Notes: generated from the letters alone by a model not told the origin. A stretch of 64,000 nucleotides of DNA from an uncultured Leptospirales bacterium (GCA_964529415.1 CAZGWD010000013.1:29466-93465); one strand, 5' to 3'. Shown: positions 49,992 through 60,991, counted from the first letter of the stretch. Translations and numbers: made by a program.

Positions 49992-51821
49992 TCATTGTTG
50001 AAATTTATTTTTTTCTTTTAAATCATTTATTGTACAGTATTCCCTGATTATTCTGATAAATATACTGCCGTAGCGTTCATATTTATTTAAGCCCACACCG
50101 TATATATTCATCATTGAAGATTTTTGCTGAGGGAAATATACTGTCATTTCAATAAGGGTTCTATCGGAGAAAATAATATATGGCGGAATATTTTCCTCAT
50201 CAGCAAGTTCCTTTCTTTTTTTTCTCAGTATGTTAAACAATTCTGTATCGTGATCCTGTTCTATCCTTTTCTGTGATTTATCTGTTTTTTTAATATCATC
50301 CATTACAGGAGCCTGAATTTTTTCTGTTCCTTTCATAATGCTGAATCCGCGCTGAGTGATTTTTAATATTCCGAAGTTGTCCGCGTCCTGTATTAGCGCG
50401 CCTTCTCTTATGAACTGCCTTGCGAGGTGCAGCCAGTATTTTTTTGAATAATCTTTTGCTATGCCCCACGTTGGAAGTTTGTGATGCCCGAAGTCAATAA
50501 TCTTCTTGGATTCCGAACCTCTCAGTATGTCTATTACATGGTTCATTCCGAATCTTTCATCAGTTCTCCTGACACATGATAGAAACATCTGCGCCTTGAC
50601 TGAAACATCTTCCATAGGAACGGCACTGCCGGTGCAGTTGTCGCACGCTCCGCAGTTTTTTACACTGTAATCCTCGCCGAAATATTTTATAAGAGGAATG
50701 CGCCTGCAGGAGGTTGATTCAGCATAATCGATAAGACTTGCAAGATGATGGTTCGCTATTTTCTTTTCGTTGTCATTTTCTTTCTGATCAATGAAATATT
50801 TAATTTTGCGAATGTCGGAGTAGCTGTAGAGTAAAAGGCAGTTTGCCGGAAGCCCGTCGCGTCCGGCTCTTCCTGTTTCCTGATAATAAGATTCTATGCT
50901 CTTCGGCAGATCATGATGAATAACGAATCTTACATTCGTTTTATGTATTCCCATGCCGAATGCAATTGTTGCAACGACAATCTGCACTTCATCCCTGATG
51001 AATAATTCCTGGTTGCGTTTTCTCTGTTCGTCTGAGAGTCCAGCGTGATATGGCCTGACTGAATAACCGTGTTCCAGAAGCTTTTCAGAAAGAGTATCCA
51101 CCTGGTTTCTCGAAAAACAATAGATAATGCCGGACTGGGATGGAAATTTGTTTAAAAATTCAAGTGTCTGCTGCATGGAATTCTGTTTGGGAATAACCTG
51201 AAAAAAAAGATTCTCCCTGTTGAAGCTTGCAATATAACTGTTCGAATCTTTCATTTCAAGATTTTTCAGTATGTCGTTTCTTACGCGCTCTGTCGCAGTT
51301 GCAGTAAGAGCAACGCAGACTGCTGAAGGGATTTTTTTTCTGAATTTCACAATCTGCCTGTATTCCGGACGGAAGTCGTGACCCCATTCAGAAATGCAGT
51401 GAGCCTCATCTATTGCAATGCAGTCAACCTGCAATGAAAAAAGCATCCCGGATATGTCCGGTTTAACCAGTGTTTCAGGCGCAACATATAAAAGCTTAAT
51501 TCTGCTATTTCGGACAAGGTTTTTGTTTTCATGATATTCCTCAAGATCAAGAGAACTGTTAAGCATTACTGCCGGAATATTGAGAATCCTCAGCTGGTCT
51601 ATCTGGTCTTTCATGAGAGATATAAGCGGTGAAACTACAATTGTCAGCCCTTTGAACAGCATTGCCGGAATCTGGTAGCAGACAGATTTTCCGCCCCCTG
51701 TTGGCATTAAAACCAGTGTATCTTTTTTATCAAGAACAGATTTAATTATTTCTTCCTGGAGAGATTTGAATTCATCATATCCGAAAGTTTCTTTTAATAT
51801 TTTATTAGCCTGGTTTATCAT
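49992..51821 (-). CDS. recQ: ATP-dependent DNA helicase RecQ
   Basis: FGYDEFKSLQEEII, Walker A LMPTGGGKS, DEAH (AIDEAHCISEWGHDFRPEY), and Zn-binding, winged-helix and HRDC regions. Confidence 0.95.
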   Translation of the reverse strand: MINQANKILKETFGYDEFKSLQEEIIKSVLDKKDTLVLMPTGGGKSVCYQIPAMLFKGLTIVVSPLISLMKDQIDQLRILNIPAVMLNSSLDLEEYHENKNLVRNSRIKLLYVAPETLVKPDISGMLFSLQVDCIAIDEAHCISEWGHDFRPEYRQIVKFRKKIPSAVCVALTATATERVRNDILKNLEMKDSNSYIASFNRENLFFQVIPKQNSMQQTLEFLNKFPSQSGIIYCFSRNQVDTLSEKLLEHGYSVRPYHAGLSDEQRKRNQELFIRDEVQIVVATIAFGMGIHKTNVRFVIHHDLPKSIESYYQETGRAGRDGLPANCLLLYSYSDIRKIKYFIDQKENDNEKKIANHHLASLIDYAESTSCRRIPLIKYFGEDYSVKNCGACDNCTGSAVPMEDVSVKAQMFLSCVRRTDERFGMNHVIDILRGSESKKIIDFGHHKLPTWGIAKDYSKKYWLHLARQFIREGALIQDADNFGILKITQRGFSIMKGTEKIQAPVMDDIKKTDKSQKRIEQDHDTELFNILRKKRKELADEENIPPYIIFSDRTLIEMTVYFPQQKSSMMNIYGVGLNKYERYGSIFIRIIREYCTINDLKEKNKFQQ

Positions 51822-52107
51822 ATTATCTATTTAGATTTTTTTAATTCACTTTATTATTAATACGAATATAAATCAATTTTTGTAAATTATTCTTATAAAA
51901 AAAATAATGAATGAATAATGCAAACCAAATTTTATTAGCCTGGTTTGATCAGTTCATTGTTATTTCGGCTGTAGCCTCTGCATGCATTTGTGATAAACTT
52001 CACAAAATTTCAGAATCTCACAGATATTGTATAATTATTATAGTCTTTTTTAATTATATATTAAAATTAAACTTGATTATTTTAAAAGAAGAAGTAATTA
52101 TAATAAA

Positions 52108-53550
52108 ATGAAAACAGAATATTTAATATCCAAATCCGGATCCAAATTTTCTATGAAATTTTCCAGGGAACTTGAATCTGATTTTGAGAACTTTTATTTT
52201 GAAAAATCAATCCTGACAACAAGAATAGCACTTATACTTGGAGCAGTTTTATATTCGCTTTTTGCGTTTCTTGATATCTTGATTGCTCCAATTGAAATTC
52301 ATAAAATCTGGATTATTCGTTTTCTGATAGTGGTTCCGCTGCTTGTTCTTTTATTCGCAGCAAGTTTTTTTAATGCTTTCAGGAAATATATGCAGTCATT
52401 GACAGCTTTGGTTTCAATGGCTGCAGGACTCGGGATTCTGGCAATAATATCAATAGCTTCTGAAGCGGAAGGCAAGTTCTATTATTATGCAGGTTTGATT
52501 CTTGTTATAATGTGGACCTACACCCTGGTCCGCCTCCGCTTTATTTATGCAACAGCAGTATGCTGGATTCTTGTTATTATTTATGAATTGATCAATTTAT
52601 TTTATTTTCAGGTGTTTGAAACAGGCGATACGCGCAAGATTTTTTTTAACAATAACTTTTTTTTTATTTCATCAAATATTATAGGCATGTTTGCAGGATA
52701 TTTACTGGAACTATATACAAGAAATGATTTCCTGTATAAAATTAAACTTTCTGAAAAGCAGAAAGAACTGCAGAAAGACCGCGATGAGTTGAAAGCCAAC
52801 AATGAGCGTTTCCAGAGCGATCTGGAAATGGCAAGATCGCTTCAGGAATATCTTCTGCCAATGAAAAGCCCTTATCCTTTCATAAATTTTCTTTATAAAC
52901 CCATGGAAGAGGTAGGCGGGGATTTATACGATTTTATTGCATTTAATGACGGTGAAAGAATCGGGTTATTCATCAGCGATGTTTCCGGCCATGGGGTGCC
53001 TTCTGCATTTATCACTGCAATGATTATTACCGCAATTCACGACCTGGACGAAATAAAACATAATCCTGCTGAATTTCTTCTCAGGCTCAATGATGCTCTT
53101 CATAATCTGATAGAGGAACATTATGCCACTGCTTTTTACGGAATATATAACCTGAAAGAAAAGAATCTTGTATATTCAAATGCCGGACATCCACCGCCTA
53201 TACTTTTTTCAAATGGAGTAATTAAATTGATCGAAGGCGGAAAGAGCAAACCACTTGGAATTTTTGATTCGGATACGCTGAAAAAAATGAATTCTCATTA
53301 TAACAACGCTGAAATAAAATTTCAGTCAGGTGACAGAATACTCATTTATACAGACGGTATTATTGATGCAAAAAATGTAGTCACCCGGGAAAGGTATTCC
53401 AGTATATTAGCAGATAGAATTATTGATTTTTCAGGTCTTTCTTCTAATGAGTTTCTTCAGATCTTATTCAATGATATTATTTCATTCAGCGGAAATAATA
53501 AACTTGATGATGATATATGCATGATGTGTCTTGATGTAGAGAAAGAATAA
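52108..53550 (+). CDS. SiaA-like membrane PP2C phosphatase with the shared 6-TM sensor domain (third paralog)
   Basis: The N-terminal TM domain matches 42151 and 44222 (YYYAGLILVIMWTYTLVRLRFIYAT, FFNNNFFFISSNIIGMFAGY). The PP2C has ISDVSGHGVPSAFIT and IYTDGIIDA. Confidence 0.7.
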   Translation: MKTEYLISKSGSKFSMKFSRELESDFENFYFEKSILTTRIALILGAVLYSLFAFLDILIAPIEIHKIWIIRFLIVVPLLVLLFAASFFNAFRKYMQSLTALVSMAAGLGILAIISIASEAEGKFYYYAGLILVIMWTYTLVRLRFIYATAVCWILVIIYELINLFYFQVFETGDTRKIFFNNNFFFISSNIIGMFAGYLLELYTRNDFLYKIKLSEKQKELQKDRDELKANNERFQSDLEMARSLQEYLLPMKSPYPFINFLYKPMEEVGGDLYDFIAFNDGERIGLFISDVSGHGVPSAFITAMIITAIHDLDEIKHNPAEFLLRLNDALHNLIEEHYATAFYGIYNLKEKNLVYSNAGHPPPILFSNGVIKLIEGGKSKPLGIFDSDTLKKMNSHYNNAEIKFQSGDRILIYTDGIIDAKNVVTRERYSSILADRIIDFSGLSSNEFLQILFNDIISFSGNNKLDDDICMMCLDVEKE

Positions 53551-53974
53551 CTGAAATTAATGCAATAGATTTAGAAAAAAATAATAGTATTGACGTTTTG
53601 ATTTAATATAAATTAATTCAGCAATGCTTTGCCATTTAAGCAATATCAGTTTTAAAAATTAATTATAAATTCGGCAATACCAACTATTGGGGATTATCCT
53701 GGCCTTGTTATGATTATAACTGGATGATAAAAACATCCATTCCAATGTTAAAGTAAAGTTTTGTATTAGAAAGCAAGCCTGTGGTATTAATTGTAACTTT
53801 TCCAAACGGCAGTGTAAGACATTATTTGATTCTTGATAAATAAATTTTACCCAATCTCCGGACTCATTGCCCTTATTAAGGGAAAGGAGTTTAAGTATAT
53901 CTTTTTAATTTGAAATCATATAATTGCACCGATGAAATTTACAAAATTACAGATAAAATAATGAGGTTAAATGT

Positions 53975-55795
53975 ATGACACCAGTAATGTATTTAAGTCT
54001 GATCGTTTTTATAGTTTTTATAGCCGCATTTATCATTTGGTCAATCCTGGGTATTGTTATAATTCCTGAAGACAAGGTCGGTCTTGTAACAAAAAAATTT
54101 GCAATGGGTTCACTTCCTGACGGGAAAATTATTGCAGTAAACAAAGAAGCAGGTTATCAGGCTGATACTCTTTCACCTGGAATTCATTTATGGAAATTCT
54201 GGTTTCAATATGAGATTACAAAGGTAAGATTCACTATAGTGCCTCCGGGATGCATCGGTTTGCTGATTGCCCGTGACGGAGTTGAGATTCCGGTTGGCCG
54301 CATCTTGGGAAGAAAAATTCCGTGCGACAATTTTCAAAGTGCCAGAGATTTTTTAATAAACGGCGGGCAGAAGGGAAGGCAGACTGCATATATAACTGCA
54401 GGTTCTTATCGGATTAATACTAATCTATTTGAAATTAACATAGAACCTATGGTTAAAATCCAGGATAACATGGTTGGAATAATTACAGCTTTTGACGGTG
54501 AGCCTCTTACAAGCGGCCAGATCGCAGGAGAAATGGTTGAAGGTCACAATAATTTTCAGGATGCAGATGCATTTCTGATAAATGCAGGTAAGCGAGGACT
54601 TCAGCAGCAGGTGGTTCTTGCGGGAAATTATAATATCAATCCATGGTTTGTAGGAGTTGAAGAAAAACCCATGACTGATATTTCTATAGGTCATGTTGGT
54701 GTTGTTGTGTCGTTTGCCGGCAAGGAAGGAAGCGACTTGACAGGTGACGCATTTAAACATGGAAACATAGTTGCAAAAGGAAGCAAGGGTGTGTGGGTTA
54801 CTCCTTATGATCCGGGCAAGTATCCTTTGAATACATACATAATGAAAATAGAATCAGTGCCAACTACAAATATTGTACTTAACTGGGCAACCGGCAGAAA
54901 CGAGTCGCACAAGCTTGATGAAAAGCTGTCAACTATATCTGTAATTTCGCGCGATGGTTTCAAGTTCTCTGTTGATGTTTCGCAGATAATACATATTCCA
55001 TCAAAGGAAGCTCCTCAGGTAATTGCACGCTTCGGCAGCATGCAGAATCTTGTGTCGCAGGTGCTTGAACCCATGATAGCAAACTACTTCAGAAACTCAG
55101 CTCAGACACGCGAGGTGATTGATTTTCTCGCAGAACGGGAAATGATCCAGGCTGAATCAAAAAAATATATATCAGGCATATTGAAGGAGTATAATGTAAT
55201 CGGCGTTGATACTTTAATTGGAGATATTGTGCCGCCGCCGGATCTCATGAAAACTCTTACAGATAAAAAAATAGCTGAAAAGCAGAAAGATGCGTACAAA
55301 ACCCAGATGGAAGCCCAGACTGTCAGGCAGGAGCTTGAGAAGCAGACTGCAATTGCAAATATGCAGTCAAGGGTTGTTGAAGCAGAACGGGGTGTTGAAA
55401 TTGCAGAGAAAAATGCCAATTCGCAGGTCAAGAAAGCTGAGGGGGAGTCTAAAGCCATTGAGCTTATAGCCGGAGCGAATGCAAGACAGATCGAACTTCT
55501 TGGCGATGCAGAGGCAAAAAAAATATCAGCAATCGGCGAATCGAATGCGGAAGCATATAAATTAGCTGTAAGCGCTATGGGAGCAAACGGATTTACCTAT
55601 ATGAAAATAATGGAATCTATCGGCAGCAACAAGGTTAAAATTGTTCCAGAAATTCTGATCAGCGGGTCATCGACTGACGGCGGATCTGATAATATCGGCG
55701 CTCTGGTTGGCCTTGAAGTATTAAAGAAAGTTAAAGAGAATTTTACTGATACAAAAAGCATGGGAAACGGATCGAAGCCGGATAATGAAAAATAA
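53975..55795 (+). CDS. flotillin-family (SPFH/band-7, YqiK-like) membrane protein
   Basis: N-terminal TM anchor, an SPFH-like body, and a long Ala/Glu-rich coiled-coil C-terminal half (EAQTVRQELEKQTAIANMQSRVVEAERGVEIAEKNANSQVKKAEGESKAIELIAGANARQIELLGDAEAKK). Confidence 0.7.
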   Translation: MTPVMYLSLIVFIVFIAAFIIWSILGIVIIPEDKVGLVTKKFAMGSLPDGKIIAVNKEAGYQADTLSPGIHLWKFWFQYEITKVRFTIVPPGCIGLLIARDGVEIPVGRILGRKIPCDNFQSARDFLINGGQKGRQTAYITAGSYRINTNLFEINIEPMVKIQDNMVGIITAFDGEPLTSGQIAGEMVEGHNNFQDADAFLINAGKRGLQQQVVLAGNYNINPWFVGVEEKPMTDISIGHVGVVVSFAGKEGSDLTGDAFKHGNIVAKGSKGVWVTPYDPGKYPLNTYIMKIESVPTTNIVLNWATGRNESHKLDEKLSTISVISRDGFKFSVDVSQIIHIPSKEAPQVIARFGSMQNLVSQVLEPMIANYFRNSAQTREVIDFLAEREMIQAESKKYISGILKEYNVIGVDTLIGDIVPPPDLMKTLTDKKIAEKQKDAYKTQMEAQTVRQELEKQTAIANMQSRVVEAERGVEIAEKNANSQVKKAEGESKAIELIAGANARQIELLGDAEAKKISAIGESNAEAYKLAVSAMGANGFTYMKIMESIGSNKVKIVPEILISGSSTDGGSDNIGALVGLEVLKKVKENFTDTKSMGNGSKPDNEK

Positions 55796-55946
55796 ACTTT
55801 ATCCTTTGTGCAAATGTGAATTAAATGACGGCTTTACTGATTTAACCAGAATTTTTCAGAAAAGAAAAATATTAATTGGCTATTCATGCTTGACAATGTA
55901 TATTTATATACTTATGTTGATTGAATAATTTTTTTGGGAGTATAAT

Positions 55947-56189
55947 ATGAAACATCTGCAGCAAACAGTGAAAGCTATTATTACCGAAGGGGATGATTTC
56001 GGATATGTGGGGAGTTGCTTCGGTCTTCCTGTTGTATCTCAGGGAAATACTCTGGATGAAATCGTTAATAATTTAAAACAAGCGATTGAGCTTCATTTTG
56101 AGGGGGAAAATCTTTCAGAAATGGGATTTATTGATAATCCTTCTATTGTTATAACCTACGAGTTAGAACCTGTGTATGCCAAAGCTTAA
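55947..56189 (+). CDS. hicB: HicB-family antitoxin
   Basis: 80-aa UPF0150/HicB-like N-terminal domain (YVGSCFGLPVVSQGNTLDEIVNNLKQAIELHFE). It overlaps the next gene by 14 nt. Confidence 0.65.
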   Translation: MKHLQQTVKAIITEGDDFGYVGSCFGLPVVSQGNTLDEIVNNLKQAIELHFEGENLSEMGFIDNPSIVITYELEPVYAKA

Positions 56190-56418
56190 ACGATTATCCG
56201 GATCAGAGATTGTAAAAGTCTTTGGGAATTTTGGATTTAATATAGTATCTCAAAAAGGCAGTCATATAAAATTGAAAAGATTCATCGAAGGTAAATCCCA
56301 GACACTTACCATTCCAAATCATCGGGAGCTGGACATGGGAACACTTCGTGCAATAGTTCATCAGGCATCAGTTTATATTGATCCAAATTTATTAAAGAAA
56401 GAATTTTATACTGAATAA
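56176..56418 (+). CDS. hicA: HicA-family mRNA interferase toxin
   Basis: LSGSEIVKVFGNFGFNIVSQKGSHIKLKR, the YcfA/HicA dsRBD-like fold with a conserved His. Confidence 0.7.
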   Translation: MPKLKRLSGSEIVKVFGNFGFNIVSQKGSHIKLKRFIEGKSQTLTIPNHRELDMGTLRAIVHQASVYIDPNLLKKEFYTE

Positions 56419-56556
56419 GAACTGATCCCGTTTAGTATCTCTTCTTGCTTGATAAAAGTAGAATTTTTAAAAGTTGATATTTTTTTAGAAAAAAAATTAA
56501 GCCCGATCCGGCTTCCTGAAAACCGGCGGAATATATGTTGTTTAAAATGTAAGTGA

Positions 56557-56590
56557 AAGGGCTGTTATTCTTAATACAGCCCTTTTCTCT
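56557..56590 (+). terminator. rho-independent terminator between hicBA and dnaE
   Basis: aagggctgt-tattcttaat-acagccctt hairpin followed by tttctct. Confidence 0.55.
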
Positions 56591-56707
56591 CCAAAATTAA
56601 TTCAATTTTCCACAAATTAATGCTTGAATTTATGTCCCATTAAAAAAGAATGATTTCAGTCAAACAGCGCATCTCAGCGCAAAATTTAAAAAAACTTTCC
56701 GGTAAAT

Positions 56708-59700
56708 ATGCAATTTGTTCATCTGCACAACCATTCAGACTATTCAATTCTCGACGGTGCAATTACAGTCGATAGACTGATAGACCGCGCGATCGAACTT
56801 GGAATGCCTGCAGTTGCGCTTACTGATCACGGAAACATGTTCGGAGCTATAGACTTTTACCTGAAGGCAAAGAAAAAGGGAATAGTTCCGATTGTCGGCC
56901 AGGAATTTTATATGGCTCCAGGTTCGAGATTTAAAAAAGAATCTGTAAAGGGAACCGGAGAGGAGAATGCACACCATCTTATTCTCCTTGCAAAAAATGA
57001 AACAGGCTATAAAAATCTAATTAAACTTTCTTCAATCGGATTTACCGAAGGATTTTACTATAAGCCGCGAATAGATCTGGAAGTTCTTGAAAAGCATTCG
57101 GAAGGGTTGATATGCAGCACTGCGTGCATTGCCGGTCAGGTGCCGAGAGCTATCATTAAGGGAAATTATAATGAAGCAAAGGAAATAGCAGGAAGGTTCA
57201 GTGAAATTTTCGGGAAGGATAATTTTTATCTCGAGCTGCAGTATCATGGCATTAAAGAACAGGAAATTGCGAACAGGGAACTGATTAAATTATCATCTGA
57301 ACTGAATCTTCCACTGATCGCAACAAACGATGCGCACTATCTGAAAAAAGAAGACGCATATTCGCATGAAGTTCTTCTGTGCATACAGACCGGAAAGACC
57401 ATGAAGGACGAATCGCGGATGAAGTTCGGCGGTTCCGAATTTTATTTCAAGACGCCTGAAGAGATGGCAGCGCTTTTTGCTGATTATCCTGATGCGCTGT
57501 ACAACACCTATTCAATATCCCAGATGATTGATCTTGAGCTGAGTCTCGGCAATCCAATACTTCCAAATTTTATAGTCCCGGAAGGTTTTAATCTCGATTC
57601 ATATCTTGAGCATCTTGTTACAGAGGGAGCGCTGAAAAGATTCGGCGGAGTGATTTCCGGAGAAGTCAGAAAGAGAATAGATTATGAACTTTCTGTAATA
57701 AAGAAAATGCATTTTTCCGGCTACTTCCTTATAGTATGGGATTTTATAAAATACGCAAAAAGTGTTGGAATACCTGTTGGCCCGGGCCGAGGATCTGCAG
57801 CAGGTTCAATCGTTTCATATTCTCTTGGAATTACAGCTCTTAACCCTTTGAAATATAATCTTCTTTTTGAAAGATTTTTGAATCCGGAAAGAAATGAAAT
57901 GCCGGATATGGATATTGACTTTTGCGCTGAGAGGCGCGAGGAGATCATCAGATATATTAAGGATAAATACGGCGATGATAAGGTCAGCCAGATAATAACT
58001 TTCAACAAAATGAAATCGAAACTTGTTATAAAAGATGTAGCGCGTACTCTCGATATACCTTTTGAACGGGCAAATGAAATCAGCAATATGATTGAGGAAA
58101 AAACTCTCGACGAAGTGTTGAAAAAATCCAAGGAATTCAAGGACTCGTATAATAAAGGGATTATTCCGCGGGAGCTTGTTGATATTTCACTGAAGCTCGA
58201 AGGACTTGTAAGATCAGCAGGAAAGCATGCAGCAGGAATTGTAATATCAAAAGGCCCGCTTACTGATTATGTTCCTCTATATAAAGATCCTAAAGACGGA
58301 GGAATATCCTCACAATATGAAAAGGATACACTGGAAAAAACAGGTCTTGTCAAGATGGACCTTCTCGGACTCAAGAACCTTACCATAATTGATAAATGCT
58401 TAAAGAAAATAAAAATAAGCACAGGTGAAGATCTTAATCTGGAAGAGATACCTCTTGATGATAAAAAAACATTCAAGCTGCTTCAGAGCGCAGAAACCAA
58501 AGGCATATTCCAGCTTGAAAGCTCGGGAATGCAGAATCTTCTGAGAAGGCTCGGCCCTTCCGAATTTGAGGAAATTATTGCAATAGTTGCACTCTACAGG
58601 CCGGGTCCGCTCAATTCAGGTATGGCGGATGACTATATAAAGCATAAGAGGGATATGTCGTCTATAAAATATCCTCACAAGGTTCTTGAAACAGTTCTGA
58701 AAGATACTCTTGGCGTTATTGTTTACCAGGAGCAGGTAATGCTTATATCGCAGCTCGTTGCAGGCTTCACTATGCCCGAAGCTGACAAGCTCAGAAAAGC
58801 AATGGGAAAAAAATTAATACATATCATAAACGATCTTGAAAATAAATTTATTGAAGGCGCATTGAAAAAAGGGTTTGAAAAAGATTTTGCTGAAAATATT
58901 TACTCAAACATAAAAAAATTCGGTGAGTATGGGTTTAACAAGTCGCATTCTGCTGCATACGCGCTTGTAACATACCAGACCGCATACCTTAAGGCTCATT
59001 TTCCGATTCAGTTTATGACTGCGCTTCTGTCGGCACAGCCGGACAATCAGAGCGATGTAATACAATACGTTAATGACTGCAGAGCCAAGGGGATAAAAAT
59101 TTTATCTCCGTCAATAAATACAAGCGGCTATGATTTTACAATTGAGGAAAAATCAATCAGATTCGGTCTTGGTGCGATTAAGGGTCTTGGCGGAAAGGTG
59201 ATAGAATCAATAATCAATGCAAGAGAATCCGGCGGGGAATTTAAAAACCTGAGAGATTTTCTTGAAAGGGTTGGTCTTGCTTCGCTTAACAAAGGGGTTT
59301 TTGAGGCGCTGATAAAGTCCGGGTCAATGGACTGCCTCCATCCTGTAAGAGCGGAACTTTTCCTATCAATTGATTATCTGATAGATACTGCAAAAAGAAT
59401 CCAGGAAGACAAGCTTTCCGGCCAGGGAAACCTTTTTGAAATTTTTCAGGCTGCGAAAGAAGGATCAAGCGAGATAATTCTTCCTGTATCTGCCAAATGG
59501 GCTGATAATGAAAAACTTACTCATGAAAAGGAAGTTCTGGGGCTTTATATTTCCGGCCATCCTCTGGCAAAATACGAAGCTGATCTGAGGGCATTTTCGT
59601 CTATGCCTTTATCGGATATTACACCTGAACATCAGGGCAGGGAGCTTTCACTTGCAGGCATTATAACAAATCTGCAGATTAAAAAATCCCAGAAATCCGG

Positions 59701-60157
59701 TAAAAGATATGCAACAGGAACTCTCGAAGATCTGAACGGTACAATAGATATTATGATATTTTCGTCAGTCCTCGACAGGTTCGAGTCGCAGATCACAGCA
59801 TCTTCACCTGTTATGGCAGGGGGTGTTCTTGAAACTGAAAATTCCGGATCATCCGGCAAAAAATTTATTGTTAAGTCTGTTAAGCAGTTAAAGGAAATCA
59901 GAAGACAGGCTGTGTCAGGTATTCATATCAACCTTGATCCTGTAGGTGTGGATGAGAATCTTTTAAACTCATTAAAAAATATTCTGGTCCGCCATAAAGG
60001 CGAATGTCCGATATTTTTTCACGTAAAAGAAAAGGACGGCGAGAAAGTTATAAAAGTTCATTCTGCATTTAATATAGCGCCTACTGAAAAATTTGTAAAT
60101 GATATATCAAAGATTGTCGGGAACGAGTCTGTAAAATATTCTTTCAGCCATCACTGA
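56708..60157 (+). CDS. dnaE: DNA polymerase III alpha subunit
   Basis: PHP domain start MQFVHLHNHSDYSILDGA, the polymerase core (GPGRGSAAGS, FIDFDLDFC), and an OB fold. 1149 aa. Confidence 0.97.
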   Translation: MQFVHLHNHSDYSILDGAITVDRLIDRAIELGMPAVALTDHGNMFGAIDFYLKAKKKGIVPIVGQEFYMAPGSRFKKESVKGTGEENAHHLILLAKNETGYKNLIKLSSIGFTEGFYYKPRIDLEVLEKHSEGLICSTACIAGQVPRAIIKGNYNEAKEIAGRFSEIFGKDNFYLELQYHGIKEQEIANRELIKLSSELNLPLIATNDAHYLKKEDAYSHEVLLCIQTGKTMKDESRMKFGGSEFYFKTPEEMAALFADYPDALYNTYSISQMIDLELSLGNPILPNFIVPEGFNLDSYLEHLVTEGALKRFGGVISGEVRKRIDYELSVIKKMHFSGYFLIVWDFIKYAKSVGIPVGPGRGSAAGSIVSYSLGITALNPLKYNLLFERFLNPERNEMPDMDIDFCAERREEIIRYIKDKYGDDKVSQIITFNKMKSKLVIKDVARTLDIPFERANEISNMIEEKTLDEVLKKSKEFKDSYNKGIIPRELVDISLKLEGLVRSAGKHAAGIVISKGPLTDYVPLYKDPKDGGISSQYEKDTLEKTGLVKMDLLGLKNLTIIDKCLKKIKISTGEDLNLEEIPLDDKKTFKLLQSAETKGIFQLESSGMQNLLRRLGPSEFEEIIAIVALYRPGPLNSGMADDYIKHKRDMSSIKYPHKVLETVLKDTLGVIVYQEQVMLISQLVAGFTMPEADKLRKAMGKKLIHIINDLENKFIEGALKKGFEKDFAENIYSNIKKFGEYGFNKSHSAAYALVTYQTAYLKAHFPIQFMTALLSAQPDNQSDVIQYVNDCRAKGIKILSPSINTSGYDFTIEEKSIRFGLGAIKGLGGKVIESIINARESGGEFKNLRDFLERVGLASLNKGVFEALIKSGSMDCLHPVRAELFLSIDYLIDTAKRIQEDKLSGQGNLFEIFQAAKEGSSEIILPVSAKWADNEKLTHEKEVLGLYISGHPLAKYEADLRAFSSMPLSDITPEHQGRELSLAGIITNLQIKKSQKSGKRYATGTLEDLNGTIDIMIFSSVLDRFESQITASSPVMAGGVLETENSGSSGKKFIVKSVKQLKEIRRQAVSGIHINLDPVGVDENLLNSLKNILVRHKGECPIFFHVKEKDGEKVIKVHSAFNIAPTEKFVNDISKIVGNESVKYSFSHH

Positions 60158-60334
60158 TTTTCAGGCGAATGTTTTTTTGTAAGTTCAAGCTGTGTTTTAT
60201 TTGTCCAGCGGCCGATTACAAAAATTCATTCATTCCGAGATTATTGAATCAAGCTATTCATCATTTATTAATTCACCATCCGGATAAATATTATTTACTC
60301 CAATCCTATAAATAAGGATAGATTTCTCGTGATC

Positions 60335-60991
60335 TTATGCATCATGCTTTGACGCATCAGATTCCGGTGCAGGGGGCTTGATCAGGTTTTCCCTTTCCTT
60401 GATTGCCTGTATATATCCTGTTAATTTCATGCTGATTTCATCATTGCGGATTTCTGTATTAAGGCCCTTTATGGAAAAAAGTCTGCTGAATTTTTTAATA
60501 TCGCTTTTAAGATCTGTAATAAGGTTGTTGATAAATTCATCTTTAGTTGCAAGAAGCCCGAGTATGATCTGAGGATTCGCTTCAATTTTTGTAATTTCCT
60601 GCTTCTGGGAGTTTGTGCCAAGAAGAATGATATTTGCTTTTAGATTCTCAAATCCGTTCCCTTTAGAAAGTATAATATATGAAATCAGAAGTGTTCTTAA
60701 AATTTTCATATGGTCAGGATCAGCTTCCGCTTCGAGGCCCGTGTCTATTTTATAATCTATAATTGCAAGAAAAGGAAATCCATTTTGTTTAATAAATCTG
60801 AGGAGTTCCGATCTTATAAAGTTTGTGCTTTTTGTGCTGTGAATTGCTTTTCTCATCAGAGAAAGAGAATGGAGGTTCAGGAATTCTTCATCAATTTCAA
60901 GAGCAAACGGGCTGATTGCAGCTTTTATTGGCATCGCAATTCTTGAATTATCACTGATTAAAATTATTTTCCGGGATGAATTTACAGGCAT
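60335..60991 (-). CDS. hypothetical protein
   Basis: 218-aa ORF with no recognisable motif. It is convergent with dnaE. Confidence 0.4.
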   Translation of the reverse strand: MPVNSSRKIILISDNSRIAMPIKAAISPFALEIDEEFLNLHSLSLMRKAIHSTKSTNFIRSELLRFIKQNGFPFLAIIDYKIDTGLEAEADPDHMKILRTLLISYIILSKGNGFENLKANIILLGTNSQKQEITKIEANPQIILGLLATKDEFINNLITDLKSDIKKFSRLFSIKGLNTEIRNDEISMKLTGYIQAIKERENLIKPPAPESDASKHDA

